A stretch of DNA of 33,006 bases, from contig CP060755.1 of assembly GCA_023205875.1 (NCBI GenBank), forward strand, positions 1,736,001 to 1,769,006. Reading direction: 5' to 3'. The notes beneath the pieces are model-generated. The model had not been told where the DNA came from, made no database searches, and was given only the letters and a program-made list of their open reading frames with translations. This document shows positions 19,601 through 28,786 of the stretch, one piece after another (positions within the stretch are counted from its first letter, which is position 1; each line of letters opens with the position of its first letter). The translations under genes were made by a program, and so were the position numbers. The DNA comes from Chloropicon primus. Lineage: Eukaryota.

Positions 19601-21331
19601 TTAGTCGAGGTCATCCCACAAAGCAGCGCTCGGGGAAGGCTTGACGATGAAACTGCTCTGATTTACACTCCCCTTTGCCGAACTGCCCGATCCTCCAAGG
19701 TTTTCCTCGTCCCCCTCGCTTTCAACGGAGCCTACTTCTCTGTAGTAACCGAGCCCACTCCCCCCCAGCTTGTACGCGTAGCCCAGCACCTGCCCACAGA
19801 ACGCCTTGCTTGCGATGAAACCAACCTTGTTTCCAGATGCCTCCTCGGCCATTTCAAGAAACTCGTCCCCCTGAGGCGACGCCGAGTCCTCTTGCGCTGC
19901 GCTGCCGCGAGACCCTTCCCCCTCGGTCTCCTTCTCGTCGGCCTGTGGGGCAGCAGCAGCTTCGTGCATAGCTTTCCAGCGCCTTTCGTTCTCGGTCTCC
20001 TCTCCAGCGTTAGGGGCTCCCTCCCCAGTGCCTTTGGCGGCCTTGCTGCTCGCGCCACCAGCCGCTTCTTCCTTCTGCGGCTCCTCTGGTTGAGAACCCG
20101 ACTCCTCTCCCTTATCGTGCCCAGTGCTCTCGAGTTCCTGCACCAGCTTCACCGGTTCCACGAAGGGCTTGGCCTGTGGCTTCTCGGGGGAGACCACGGG
20201 CAGCGTGATCTCCAGAACCTGCTTCTTCTTGTCGAATTTCGCCTTGCCCTTCTTGTCCAGGACCTCGTAGGGGAGCTTGGCTTCGAGCTTGTACTTGTCT
20301 GGCACGGACAAGAGGACTTCCTGGCTTGTCACGTCGAGGGACATCGACCCAACACCTTTGACGCCGGGAAGCACAACCTTGAGCGTGATTTCTTTCGGTC
20401 GCTTGGGCGCCTCCGCCAAGGCCTGGCCCATGTCTCCCCAAGTGTCCAAGAGGTCGTACTGACCCCTCTCCACGACTTCAAACTGGGGGACGGTTTCCCC
20501 AGAGGCATAAACGTAGCCGGCCTCTCCTTCCTTTGGGGCCGGGGGCTTCCTCTTTGGCTTCTCCACTGCCCTGTTGAAGGAGAACTCGCTCCTCTTCGTG
20601 GGTTCGGAGGAGGGTTGTCCAAGGTCTGTCTTGGGCTCACTGAGGGGCTTGATCGGTCCCTTGCCACCGTTCGCCGAGGAAATTCTCACGGACTGCACCC
20701 CCGGCTTCTCCATACCCTCGCTGCCCTTGTACTTCATCTTCAGGTAAGTCACGGTCTTGCATAGTTTCATGCCCTTTGTCCTCTCGATGTTCTCGATCGC
20801 GGTCTGCGCGACCATTTCCTTGAAAGGAGGGAAGGAGCACTTCTCGCACGTTTGAGGGTGAAGCACGAAGTCGATCACGGCCGCGGTGTTCCCACTCTTG
20901 TCGGTCGTCTCCCTCTCCTGCCCCAAGCTGAAGGGGATGGACCAGGTGTTGCCCTCCTGGCCGTTCCTGGTCGTTTTCTTGGACTCGGCCTTCTGGATCT
21001 TCTCCGAGCTGCAAACGTTGATGAACATCTTCTTCCCCTTGCTCTCCCCGTCGTCCTCCCTCCTCGTCTTCACCACGAAGTTCTCCTCCGGCACAATGAG
21101 CTGCACGTCTGATCCGTACACGTTCTCGGTCTGGTTCTGGTCCTCGATCTGCCTCAGGTAGGCCTCTGACTCCGCCCTCGCCTTGGGGTCCGAGATCTCC
21201 TTGGCGTACTCCTCGAACATTTCCTTGAACTTGGGGTCCTGGAAAGCCTTCTCGAACCGGTTGACTTCCTCCGTCGTCATGTTCAGCTTGTCCAGGGACT
21301 CCCTCAGCATCTCCGTCTCCTCCTTGTCCAT
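19601..21331 (-). CDS. DNAAF2: Kintoun/PF13 dynein axonemal assembly factor 2 (PIH1 plus CS domains), ~576 aa
   Basis: LNMTTEEVNRFEKAFQDPKFKEMFEEYAKEISDPKARAE.E.YLRQIE is the kintoun-type N-terminus. PIH1 motifs KMFINVCSSE, WSIPFSLG, DKSG..AAVIDFVLHP; CS domain RPKEI...KYKLEAKLPYEV....KAKFDK....LEITLPV. First ATG at 21331. Confidence 0.9.
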   Translation of the reverse strand: MDKEETEMLRESLDKLNMTTEEVNRFEKAFQDPKFKEMFEEYAKEISDPKARAESEAYLRQIEDQNQTENVYGSDVQLIVPEENFVVKTRREDDGESKGKKMFINVCSSEKIQKAESKKTTRNGQEGNTWSIPFSLGQERETTDKSGNTAAVIDFVLHPQTCEKCSFPPFKEMVAQTAIENIERTKGMKLCKTVTYLKMKYKGSEGMEKPGVQSVRISSANGGKGPIKPLSEPKTDLGQPSSEPTKRSEFSFNRAVEKPKRKPPAPKEGEAGYVYASGETVPQFEVVERGQYDLLDTWGDMGQALAEAPKRPKEITLKVVLPGVKGVGSMSLDVTSQEVLLSVPDKYKLEAKLPYEVLDKKGKAKFDKKKQVLEITLPVVSPEKPQAKPFVEPVKLVQELESTGHDKGEESGSQPEEPQKEEAAGGASSKAAKGTGEGAPNAGEETENERRWKAMHEAAAAPQADEKETEGEGSRGSAAQEDSASPQGDEFLEMAEEASGNKVGFIASKAFCGQVLGYAYKLGGSGLGYYREVGSVESEGDEENLGGSGSSAKGSVNQSSFIVKPSPSAALWDDLD

Positions 21332-21628
21332 ACTCCTCGTATTAACCACAAACCAAGACGCTTGTCGTGTGTCGTATGTCTCGTGTCTTTTTTCGTGTTA
21401 TGTACTTCCCTCCTCCTCCTCCCCCGTTGTGTCTTGTGTTGTCTTGTGTTGTCGTGTGTTCCTGTCCCTCGCTCCGGTCTTGGGATTCGTATTTTGGTCC
21501 CCGCTCTTCCTCTTCCTCTCTTGGCGGGAAAGGAGAAACCAACACCAACAGAGGAGGAGAAAGAGAAGAGAAGGCTCCCGCCAGTTTTCACAACCACCAG
21601 GACCAGGACCAGGACGACCAGCACGACC

Positions 21629-22210
21629 ATGAGGAGGAGTGTGGCCGTGAGGGGGACGAGGAAGGAGGGGAGGGGGAGGGGAGCAAGCACAGGAGCACCA
21701 GTGAAGGGAGGGAACAAGAGAGGAACGGGAGAACGACGACGGGAGGCAGGGAAGGAGACCCGCCTGCGCCTGCGGAGGGGGGCAGCATCCGAGGGGAGGG
21801 GCCAGGGGGCCAGGGGGAAGGCCACTGGGAGGGAGGATGCCCCGGTGGGGGACGTGCTGCTGCCCGTGCTGACGGAGGGGGAGCTGCAGCGGGAGGCGGA
21901 ATGGCTGGGTCGAACCATCGCTCTGTGGCTGGACGAGGAGTGGTGTCCGCAGCAGGTCCACGCTGATATTGGGGACACGCTGTGCCGAGCGTACCTGGAC
22001 GAGAGGGGAAGGGGGAACAACGAGGCGACTTCCATTCTGCTCCAGTTGTCGGACGATCTGATGAAAGTGGACTTCACGGAAGCCTTTGTGAACCCCTTTG
22101 ACGTGAGCAACAAAGCGCTGGAGTGCCTCATGTTCAAGAGCGGCATCGACGTCTGTTGCCAGTCCGAACAGGACAAGAAATTCCTTGAGGACAGGTTGAA
22201 GGAGGCGTAG
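21629..22210 (+). CDS. Conserved uncharacterised protein (WLDEEWCP motif), probably plastid-targeted, ~193 aa
   Basis: Arg/Gly-rich N-terminus then EAEWLGRTIALWLDEEWCPQQVHADIG...AY...DFTEAFVNPFDVSN, resembling a small cyanobacterial/plant hypothetical family. Family name not recalled with certainty. Confidence 0.7.
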   Translation: MRRSVAVRGTRKEGRGRGASTGAPVKGGNKRGTGERRREAGKETRLRLRRGAASEGRGQGARGKATGREDAPVGDVLLPVLTEGELQREAEWLGRTIALWLDEEWCPQQVHADIGDTLCRAYLDERGRGNNEATSILLQLSDDLMKVDFTEAFVNPFDVSNKALECLMFKSGIDVCCQSEQDKKFLEDRLKEA

Positions 22211-22412
22211 CCGCCCAGACTTACTCAAAAAAATATGTTTTTGTTACATTGTTCATTCCCGGACTGTATTAGTTGTGTGCTGCGGTTTGAAGGTCGCTAA
22301 GGTCTGCGCTCTCCGCGCTGTTCTCTCTCCTCGTGGTCAGTTCCGTCCTCGCGGCACTGGTTGCGCGCAAAGCCAAGGACGTCTGCCGATCCCTCCTCGC
22401 CCTCGCTCTGGT

Positions 22413-23323
22413 TCAATTTGCCAGGTGTTCCAGCTTCCCTTCTATGATCAGCCTCTCCGCGTCCTCGTGAGGCAGGAGGTGCACGGTGCCCACCTGCAGG
22501 TCAGCTTCCCCGATGTAGTCGAACTCCATGGTCCCCAAGTCCTCCACCACTCGCACTTTCAGCATGTTCTCACTGGGTGGGTAAAACCCCACGGTGAGGT
22601 CCACGCCGGCCTGCTTTTGGTACTTTGCCAACATCTTCTCGTACCTCTTCACGAAATCCTTCTCTGGCGAGCTGAGCTTCTCCTGGGTCGAACGGGGCAG
22701 GCGGCCGCACTTCCAACGGAAGGCCTGGGGAAAGGCGAAGGGACAGGGTTTCAGTGTTGATGCGAACGGTCACCGACCGCCTGGCTCTCGAAAAGAGGAC
22801 GAGCAAAGACTGTTGGAGAACGGATCACATCTCTCAAGGGACGAGACCCCCTTTTGCACGTGGTGTGGTTGTTGCCCCACCGCGTTCCTCGTTCCCTTCG
22901 CCAGCGGTTCGCTTGGTATCCAAACGGACAACTTACCTTGACTCTCTCTAGCCTCATGTTCTGGTACGCCATCAGCAGCCGCTTGTTCCTAAGCAGGGCC
23001 TGGTGGTGAATGAGAACGGAGCTGGCGACCTCAGGCCGACCCTCCCAAGCCACGCCCTGATCTCTGAAGGCGTCGAGAATGGAAACCAAGGACTCGTAGT
23101 GCTCCGCCACCTCCTGCAAGCACCTCCGAACTTCCTCCTCCTTGAACTGAGGCAGGGCCTGCCCAGGGTCTCGGAGCAACCCTCCGAGGACCCCCCCATC
23201 TCCCCCCGAGTAACCTGACCCCCCCCCGACAGAACCGAGCGATCCGCCCAAGTCGTTCGCCTCCAGGTGGGTCTTCAGTTCCTTCAACAGGTTTGTCGCC
23301 GTGCGGGCAAAGTCCGTCGCCAT
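22413..23323 (-). CDS. PSF1: GINS complex subunit Psf1; exons 23323-22937 and 22724-22413 (~232 aa)
   Basis: A.NLLKEL, LPQFKEEEVR, HHQALLRNKRLLMAYQNMRLERVK joined to AFRW...LSSPEKDFVKRY...VDLT..YPP....KVRVVEDLG...H.L...DAERLIIEGKLEH. GTAAGT donor at 22936, CAG acceptor, phase 0. Confidence 0.95.
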
Positions 23324-23541
23324 GGTGCGCCTCCCCCCTCCCCCAACAGGAGCGGCCTCCCCCTCCTCTCTCGAAACCCCGAACCCGCTTTGAAGCGCGG
23401 GAAGAACCAACTGGGAGAAGGGGCGAGGAGAGGGTGAAACGGTGGATGAGGGGAGGGGAGGGTGAATCGCAGTCGTCCTCTGTAATTATATATATAGAGA
23501 GAGACAGTTATTTACTTAAAGCATTAGCACTCTTCTTCCAC

Positions 23542-26500
23542 TCAGTTCCTGCCGAAGAGCCTTTTCTTCTTGGTCGAGGCCGTGGCGTTGGCCGCTCTCT
23601 CTGCAGCGAGCAGCTTGGACAAGATTTCATTATCCCTCTTCTCGTCCTCCACCTTCTCCTTCGTTTCCTCGAGTTGGCTCAACACGTTCTTAAGCTCCTT
23701 CTTAAGATCATCGTTCTTCTGCCTCTCCACATCGAGGTCCACCTTAGCCTTGGTCGAGGTCTCCTGGGCAGCTTGGGCCTCCTTGACGTCCCTCTCCTGG
23801 GCAGCTTGGGCCTCCTTGACGTCCCTCTCCTGCTCCAGTTGCATGAAGTTCTCGTTGCACTCGGCAACCTCTTCCGCAAGCTCACCTATGCTGTTCTGGA
23901 GGCTCTCACTCTTCCTGCGCTCCTCTGCAAGCGAACTCTCAAGATCATCTTTCTCCCTCTGCACGTCAACCATCTTCTCCTCGAAGGCTTCGAGCTTGCT
24001 CAGAATGTCGTTCTTCCTCTCCTCCACTTCCGCCTTCTCCCTCTGCATGTCAACCATCTTCTCCTCGAAAGCTTCGAGCTTGCTCAGAATCTCACTCTTC
24101 TTTACCTTCTCGGCCTCCAGTTGCTGCGCGAGGTCGTCCTTCTCAGCAGTCAAGGATGACATGGCCTCCGACTCCGCATTGCCTGCCTCTTCCTTCTCCC
24201 TCTGCATGTCAACCATCTTCTCCTCGAAAGCTTCGAGCTTGCTCAGAATGTCGTTCTTCCTCTCCTCCACTTCCGCCTTCTCCCTCTGCATGTCAACCAT
24301 CTTCTCCTCGAAAGCTTCGAGCTTGCTCAGAATCTCACTCTTCTTTACCTTCTCGGCCTCCAGTTGCTGCGCGAGGTCGTCCTTCTCAGCAGTCAAGGAT
24401 GACATGGCCTCCGACTCCGCATTGCCTGCCTCTTCCTTCTCCCTCTGCATGTCAACCATCTTCTCCTCGAAAGCTTCGAGCTTGCTCAGAATCTCACTCT
24501 TCTTTACCTTCTCGGCCTCCAGTTGCTGCGCGAGGTCGTCCTTCTCAGCAGTCAAGGATGACATGGCCTCCGACTCCGCATTGCCTGCCTCTTCCTTCTC
24601 CCTCTGCATGTCAACCATCTTCTCTCCTCGAAAGCTTCGAGCTTGCTCAGAATCTCACTCTTCTTTACCTTCTCGGCCTCCAGTTGCTGCGCGAGGTCGT
24701 CCTTCTCAGCAGTCAAGGATGACATGGCCTCCGACTCCGCATTGCCTGCCTCTTCCTTCTCCCTCTGCATGTCAACCATCTTCTCCTCGAAGGCTTCGAG
24801 CTTGCTCAGAATCTCACTCTTCTTTACCTTCTCGGCCTCCAGTTGCTGCGCGAGGTCGTCCTTCTCAGCAGTCGATGGCCTCCGACTCCGCATTGCCTGC
24901 CTCTTCCTTCTCCCTCTGCATGTCAACCATCTTCTCCTGGAAGGCTTCGAGCTTGCTCAGAATGTCGTTCTTCCTCTCCTCCACTTCCGCCTTCTCCCTC
25001 TGCATGTCAACCATCTTCTCCTCGAAAGCTTCGAGCTTGCTCAGAATCTCACTCTTCTTTACCTTCTCGGCCTCCAGTTGCTGCGCGAGGTCGTCCTTCT
25101 CAGCAGTCAAGGATGACATGGCCTCCGACTCCGCATTGCCTGCCTCTTCCTTCTCCCTCTGCATGTCAACCATCTTCTCCTCGAAGGCTTCGAGCTTGCT
25201 CAGAATGTCGTTCTTCCTCTCCTCCACTTCCGCCTTCTCCCTCTGCATGTCAACCATCTTCTCCTGGAAAGCTTCGAGCTTGCTCAGAATGTCGTTCTTC
25301 CTCTCCTCCACTTCCGCCTTCTCCCTCTGCATGTCAACCATCTTCTCCTCGAAAGCTTCGAGCTTGCTCAGAATCTCACTCTTCTTTACCTTCTCGGCCT
25401 CCAGTTGCTGCGCGAGGTCGTCCTTCTCAGCAGTCAAGGATGACATGGCCTCCGACTCCGCATTGCCTGCCTCTTCCTTCTCCCTCTGCATGTCAACCAT
25501 CTTCTCCTCGAAGGCTTCGAGCTTGCTCAGAATGTCGTTCTTCCTCTCCTCCACTTCCGCCTTCTCCCTCTGCATGTCAACCATCTTCTCCTCGAAAGCT
25601 TCGAGCTTGCTCAGAATCTCACTCTTCTTTACCTTCTCGGCCTCCAGTTGCTGCGCGAGGTCGTCCTTCTCAGCAGTCAAGGATGACATGGCCTCCGACT
25701 CCGCATTGCCTGCCTCTTCCTTCTCCCTCTGCATGTCAACCATCTTCTCCTCGAAAGCTTCGAGCTTGCTCAGAATCTCACTCTTCTTTACCTTCTCGGC
25801 CTCCAGTTGCTGCGCGAGGTCGTCCTTCTCAGCAGTCAAGGATGACATGGCCTCCGACTCCGCATTGCCTGCCTCTTCCTTCTCCCTCTGCATGTCAACC
25901 ATCTTCTCCTCGAAGGCTTCGAGCTTGCTCAGAATGTCGTTCTTCCTCTCCTCCACTTCCGCCTTCTCCCTCTGCATGTCAACCATCTTCTCCTCGAAAG
26001 CTTCGAGCTTGCTCAGAATCTCACTCTTCTTTACCTTCTCGGCCTCCAGTTGCTGCGCGAGGTCGTCCTTCTCAGCAGTCAAGGATGACATGGCCTCCGA
26101 CTCCGCATTGCCTGCCTCTTCCTTCTCCCTCTGCATGTCAACCATCTTCTCCTCGAAAGCTTCGAGCTTGCTCAGAATCTCACTCTTCTTTACCTTCTCG
26201 GCCTCCAGTTGCTGCGCGAGGTCGTCCTTCTCGGCGGTCAGTGAGGCAACGACTGTGTTGTCTTCAGCATCACCATTACTGCGCTCTTGCCTTGTGGGTG
26301 TACCTAAGGTCTCTAGAGAATCGCACGTTTGCAACAAGTGCGACTCTACAATCTTAACTTCCTCGCTGATGGTTTGCAGCTCCAACACCTTGGCGTCAAC
26401 GCTGGACGCCAGCTTGTTGAGCATGTCCAACCTTCTCTCATCGGATGCTACTGGCGCAGCGACTGGCGACGAGCTCTGGTCAGACTGCACTCGATTCTTC

Positions 26501-26967
26501 AGGTCTTCTACGGTCTGCGTGAGCTGACCAACCTTTTCTTCCAGGGCTTTCTTCTCCATCCTGGAGTCCTCCAACTTTTTCATGATGCTAAACCTCTCTT
26601 TCTCGAAGATTTGCGAGGCAGCCTGCGCCGCACGGAGCTCAGCGCTGAGCTCTAACCTCCTCGCTTCGACGTCCTCCACCCTCGCGTTCGCGGCCGTTAG
26701 CGCATTCCTCACTACCTCCTCTGTCTGAGCCGCCTCCTGGGCAATCATGGCCCTCTTCCTCTTCTCCTCCTCCAGCTCCATTTGAAGAACCTGGAACGAG
26801 GGGGAGTCCCCGCCCTCCATTGCCCCGTCCTCGGAATGCGGGGTGTCCCTAGGTGAGTCACTCATGTCCGCCCCTTTCTGCCTATTCATTTTGCTGGAAA
26901 GAAAATTCTTGAGCTTGGCCCTCACTCTCGTCCTCGGTGAAGGCGTGTCCATCGCTGCCCCGTCCAT
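23542..26967 (-). CDS. Long acidic coiled-coil protein with internal 159-bp/84-bp module array; reading frame broken by two indels as assembled (~1143 aa if repaired)
   Basis: ORFs 24865-26991, 24552-24926 and 23542-24618 all encode the same E/K-rich repeats. 8-bp deletion near 24874 and 2-bp insertion near 24622 relative to sister repeats. Confidence 0.8.
23950..26244 (-). repeat. Coding tandem array of 11 A modules (159 bp, 53 aa) and 7 B modules (84 bp, 28 aa)
   Basis: A = EEAGNAESEAMSSLTAEKDDLAQQLEAEKVKKSEILSKLEAFEEKMVDMQREK; B = AEVEERKNDILSKLEAFEEKMVDMQREK. Copies are almost identical at nucleotide level. Confidence 0.92.
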
Positions 26968-27073
26968 GTTGTTCCTCTCTCTTCTCCCCAAATCACCAAA
27001 CCCGTCGTCGGTGGTCGTGTGCTTTTTCTCTCTCTCTCGATATCAATCTCTTGGGTGTTTTGTTGTGTCCCCT

Positions 27074-27198
27074 ATATCGATATCGATATCGATATCGATA
27101 TGATATGATATGATTGTCGTATTGATGTTCGGCCTTGTTCTTTGCGTGTTCCGCCAAGCCAAGCCAAGCCAAGCCAAGCCAAGCCAAGCCAAGCCAAG
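27074..27198. repeat. (ATATCG)n/(ATATG)n and (CCAAG)9 simple repeats in a divergent intergenic region
   Basis: Visible directly at ~27074-27112 and 27154-27198. Confidence 0.9.
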
Positions 27199-27476
27199 CG
27201 GTGTTGTCCCTTTCCCCTCCGTTGTTTTGTTTCGTGTTTGTGTTCGTGCTTTCCTCCTGGTCCCCCTGGTCCCTTTCCCCCTTTTCCTCTTTTCCCCAAA
27301 CCCTATTCCTTCTCTTTCTCTCTTCGTCGTACAAAACCAAGATCCAGAATTCAGGAGGAAACACTCCTCACCAAGCCACCAGCAGGGCCCCGCGGGGGAA
27401 CCGACAACCCATCCACAACCGACAACCGAGGGGGGCTGCCTCAGGAGGGAGGAGGAGGACACACACCACCACCACC

Positions 27477-27508
<32 letters not shown>

Positions 27509-27552
27509 CAACAACAACACACGAGAACACGAAACAAGGAGGATACCATAGA

Positions 27553-28680
27553 ATGCAGCGGATGGGTATGTCCATGGAGTCCCAAAGCACGGGGGGAGGT
27601 GTGCGATACACTCTGAACCACACGGGGGGCTCGAGGATAGAAAGGAACACCGGCGGGTTCACCAAGAAGAAGAGGAACTACGACTATGAGATTGACAAGC
27701 TTAGGAAGGATAACCAGCTCCTGAAAGAGTCTCTCAAGGAGAAGGAGAACAAGATCCAGGAGCTGAGGAACGCCTTGGACGAGATAACGAGGATGAGCGC
27801 ATCAGAACTCGCGGCGAAGGAGAGGTCGCTGGTGAAGAAGGACAGGGCTCACCTGCAGCTGAAGAGGCAACTGGACTCGGCGAAGGCCGAGCACGTGCGG
27901 ACCAAGGAGGCCTCCCAGGGAAAGTTGGAGTTGCTTCAAAGGGAGAGGAAGGAGATGGTCAGGGCCCTTCACTCTATCGCGTCCCAATGCACAAAAGCCC
28001 GCACGCTCGTAGAGCCGGTGTACGGGAGGGAGGAGGTTTTCCCGAAAAAGGTGGAGCCTTGGCTGTCCCTCACGTACGACTCGGATTACGTCCCCAGCCC
28101 AAAGAGGACGGGCCGCTCCACCTTGGGCTCGACGGGGGGACGCCACGCCCACAGGCCCGGGTTGAGCTCAAAGGCCCTCCCCTTTCAGGGCGCTGGCGTG
28201 CCCCTGGTGGCGGAGTTGCTCTCCCTCGTGGAGCAGACCTGCACCAAGTACGCCGAGCAGAGCAAGGCGGTGGCGGGCTACAAGTCCTCCGTGCGGGAGC
28301 TGAAGCAGGAGCTCAAGGAGGCCAGGGAGGAGAGCGGGGACTTGAGCGAGATGGTGGACATCGTGGTCGACGAGGTGCGGGAGGGCAGCGTGCAGAGGGA
28401 TCTGGACGGTCTGCCGCCGGAGCCTGAGACTTCGGGGTGCTCGAACCAGGTGAAGCTGAAGCTGGTTCACAAGCAGCTCAAGGCCTTCAACGCATTGGAC
28501 GCCGAGGTGTCGGAAAAGTGCAGGACCTTTGAGACCCAGGCCTTGGAGCTCGAATTCTACGCCAAGCTCCACGGCAAGCTCGTCAAGCAGGCGGTGTACG
28601 ACAGCTTGAACGCAACGGGGAACGGCCTGGAGCTGTCCCCAAACAAATCGCCGAGGAAGGGTTCAGAAAAACAGCAGTGA
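27553..28680 (+). CDS. Uncharacterised coiled-coil protein (~375 aa)
   Basis: First ATG follows (CAC)n(CAA)n repeats. Several heptad-rich segments (EIDKLRKDNQLLKESLKEKENKIQELRNAL; VRELKQELKEAREE) and coding-like codon use. No recognisable domain. Confidence 0.75.
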   Translation: MQRMGMSMESQSTGGGVRYTLNHTGGSRIERNTGGFTKKKRNYDYEIDKLRKDNQLLKESLKEKENKIQELRNALDEITRMSASELAAKERSLVKKDRAHLQLKRQLDSAKAEHVRTKEASQGKLELLQRERKEMVRALHSIASQCTKARTLVEPVYGREEVFPKKVEPWLSLTYDSDYVPSPKRTGRSTLGSTGGRHAHRPGLSSKALPFQGAGVPLVAELLSLVEQTCTKYAEQSKAVAGYKSSVRELKQELKEAREESGDLSEMVDIVVDEVREGSVQRDLDGLPPEPETSGCSNQVKLKLVHKQLKAFNALDAEVSEKCRTFETQALELEFYAKLHGKLVKQAVYDSLNATGNGLELSPNKSPRKGSEKQQ

Positions 28681-28786
28681 TGTTGTAGAGATGCGCAGCA
28701 GCAGGGTCCCGTCCTTCACGCTTTATGAAAACAATAGATAACAACATCTCTCTAATGGATACAATACACCGCCCACAAGCACAAGC

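Larger units (their letters stand above)
5502..22248. promoter_or_regulatory. Chlorophyte-type TGTAA polyadenylation signals downstream of stop codons
   Basis: Minus-strand TGTAA at 5502-5506 (DEK), 6962-6966, 9631-9635 (RBMX2), 14591-14595 (GST), 16729-16733 (PH) and 22244-22248 (Psf1); plus-strand tandem TGTAA at 16711-16720 (HHL1). Each is on the sense strand of the adjacent gene. Confidence 0.75.

Noticed and set aside
23950..26244. Repeat array as a possible CRISPR or non-coding satellite
   Set aside because: No unique spacers; unit lengths are multiples of three and encode a continuous coiled coil; eukaryotic context with no cas genes.
23570..26527. 985-aa Ser/Phe/Leu-rich plus-strand ORF (and the 504-aa ORF at 24843-26357)
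   Set aside because: Antisense shadow of the E/K-rich repeat gene. A stop-free repeat unit stays stop-free when amplified, and the composition mirrors the GAG/AAG codons on the other strand.
27142..27552. N-terminal 137 aa of the 512-aa ORF, and similar extensions at 13127, 21362, 23410 and 30337
   Set aside because: These begin at non-ATG codons or run through simple-repeat UTR/promoter sequence; the first in-frame ATG was used instead.
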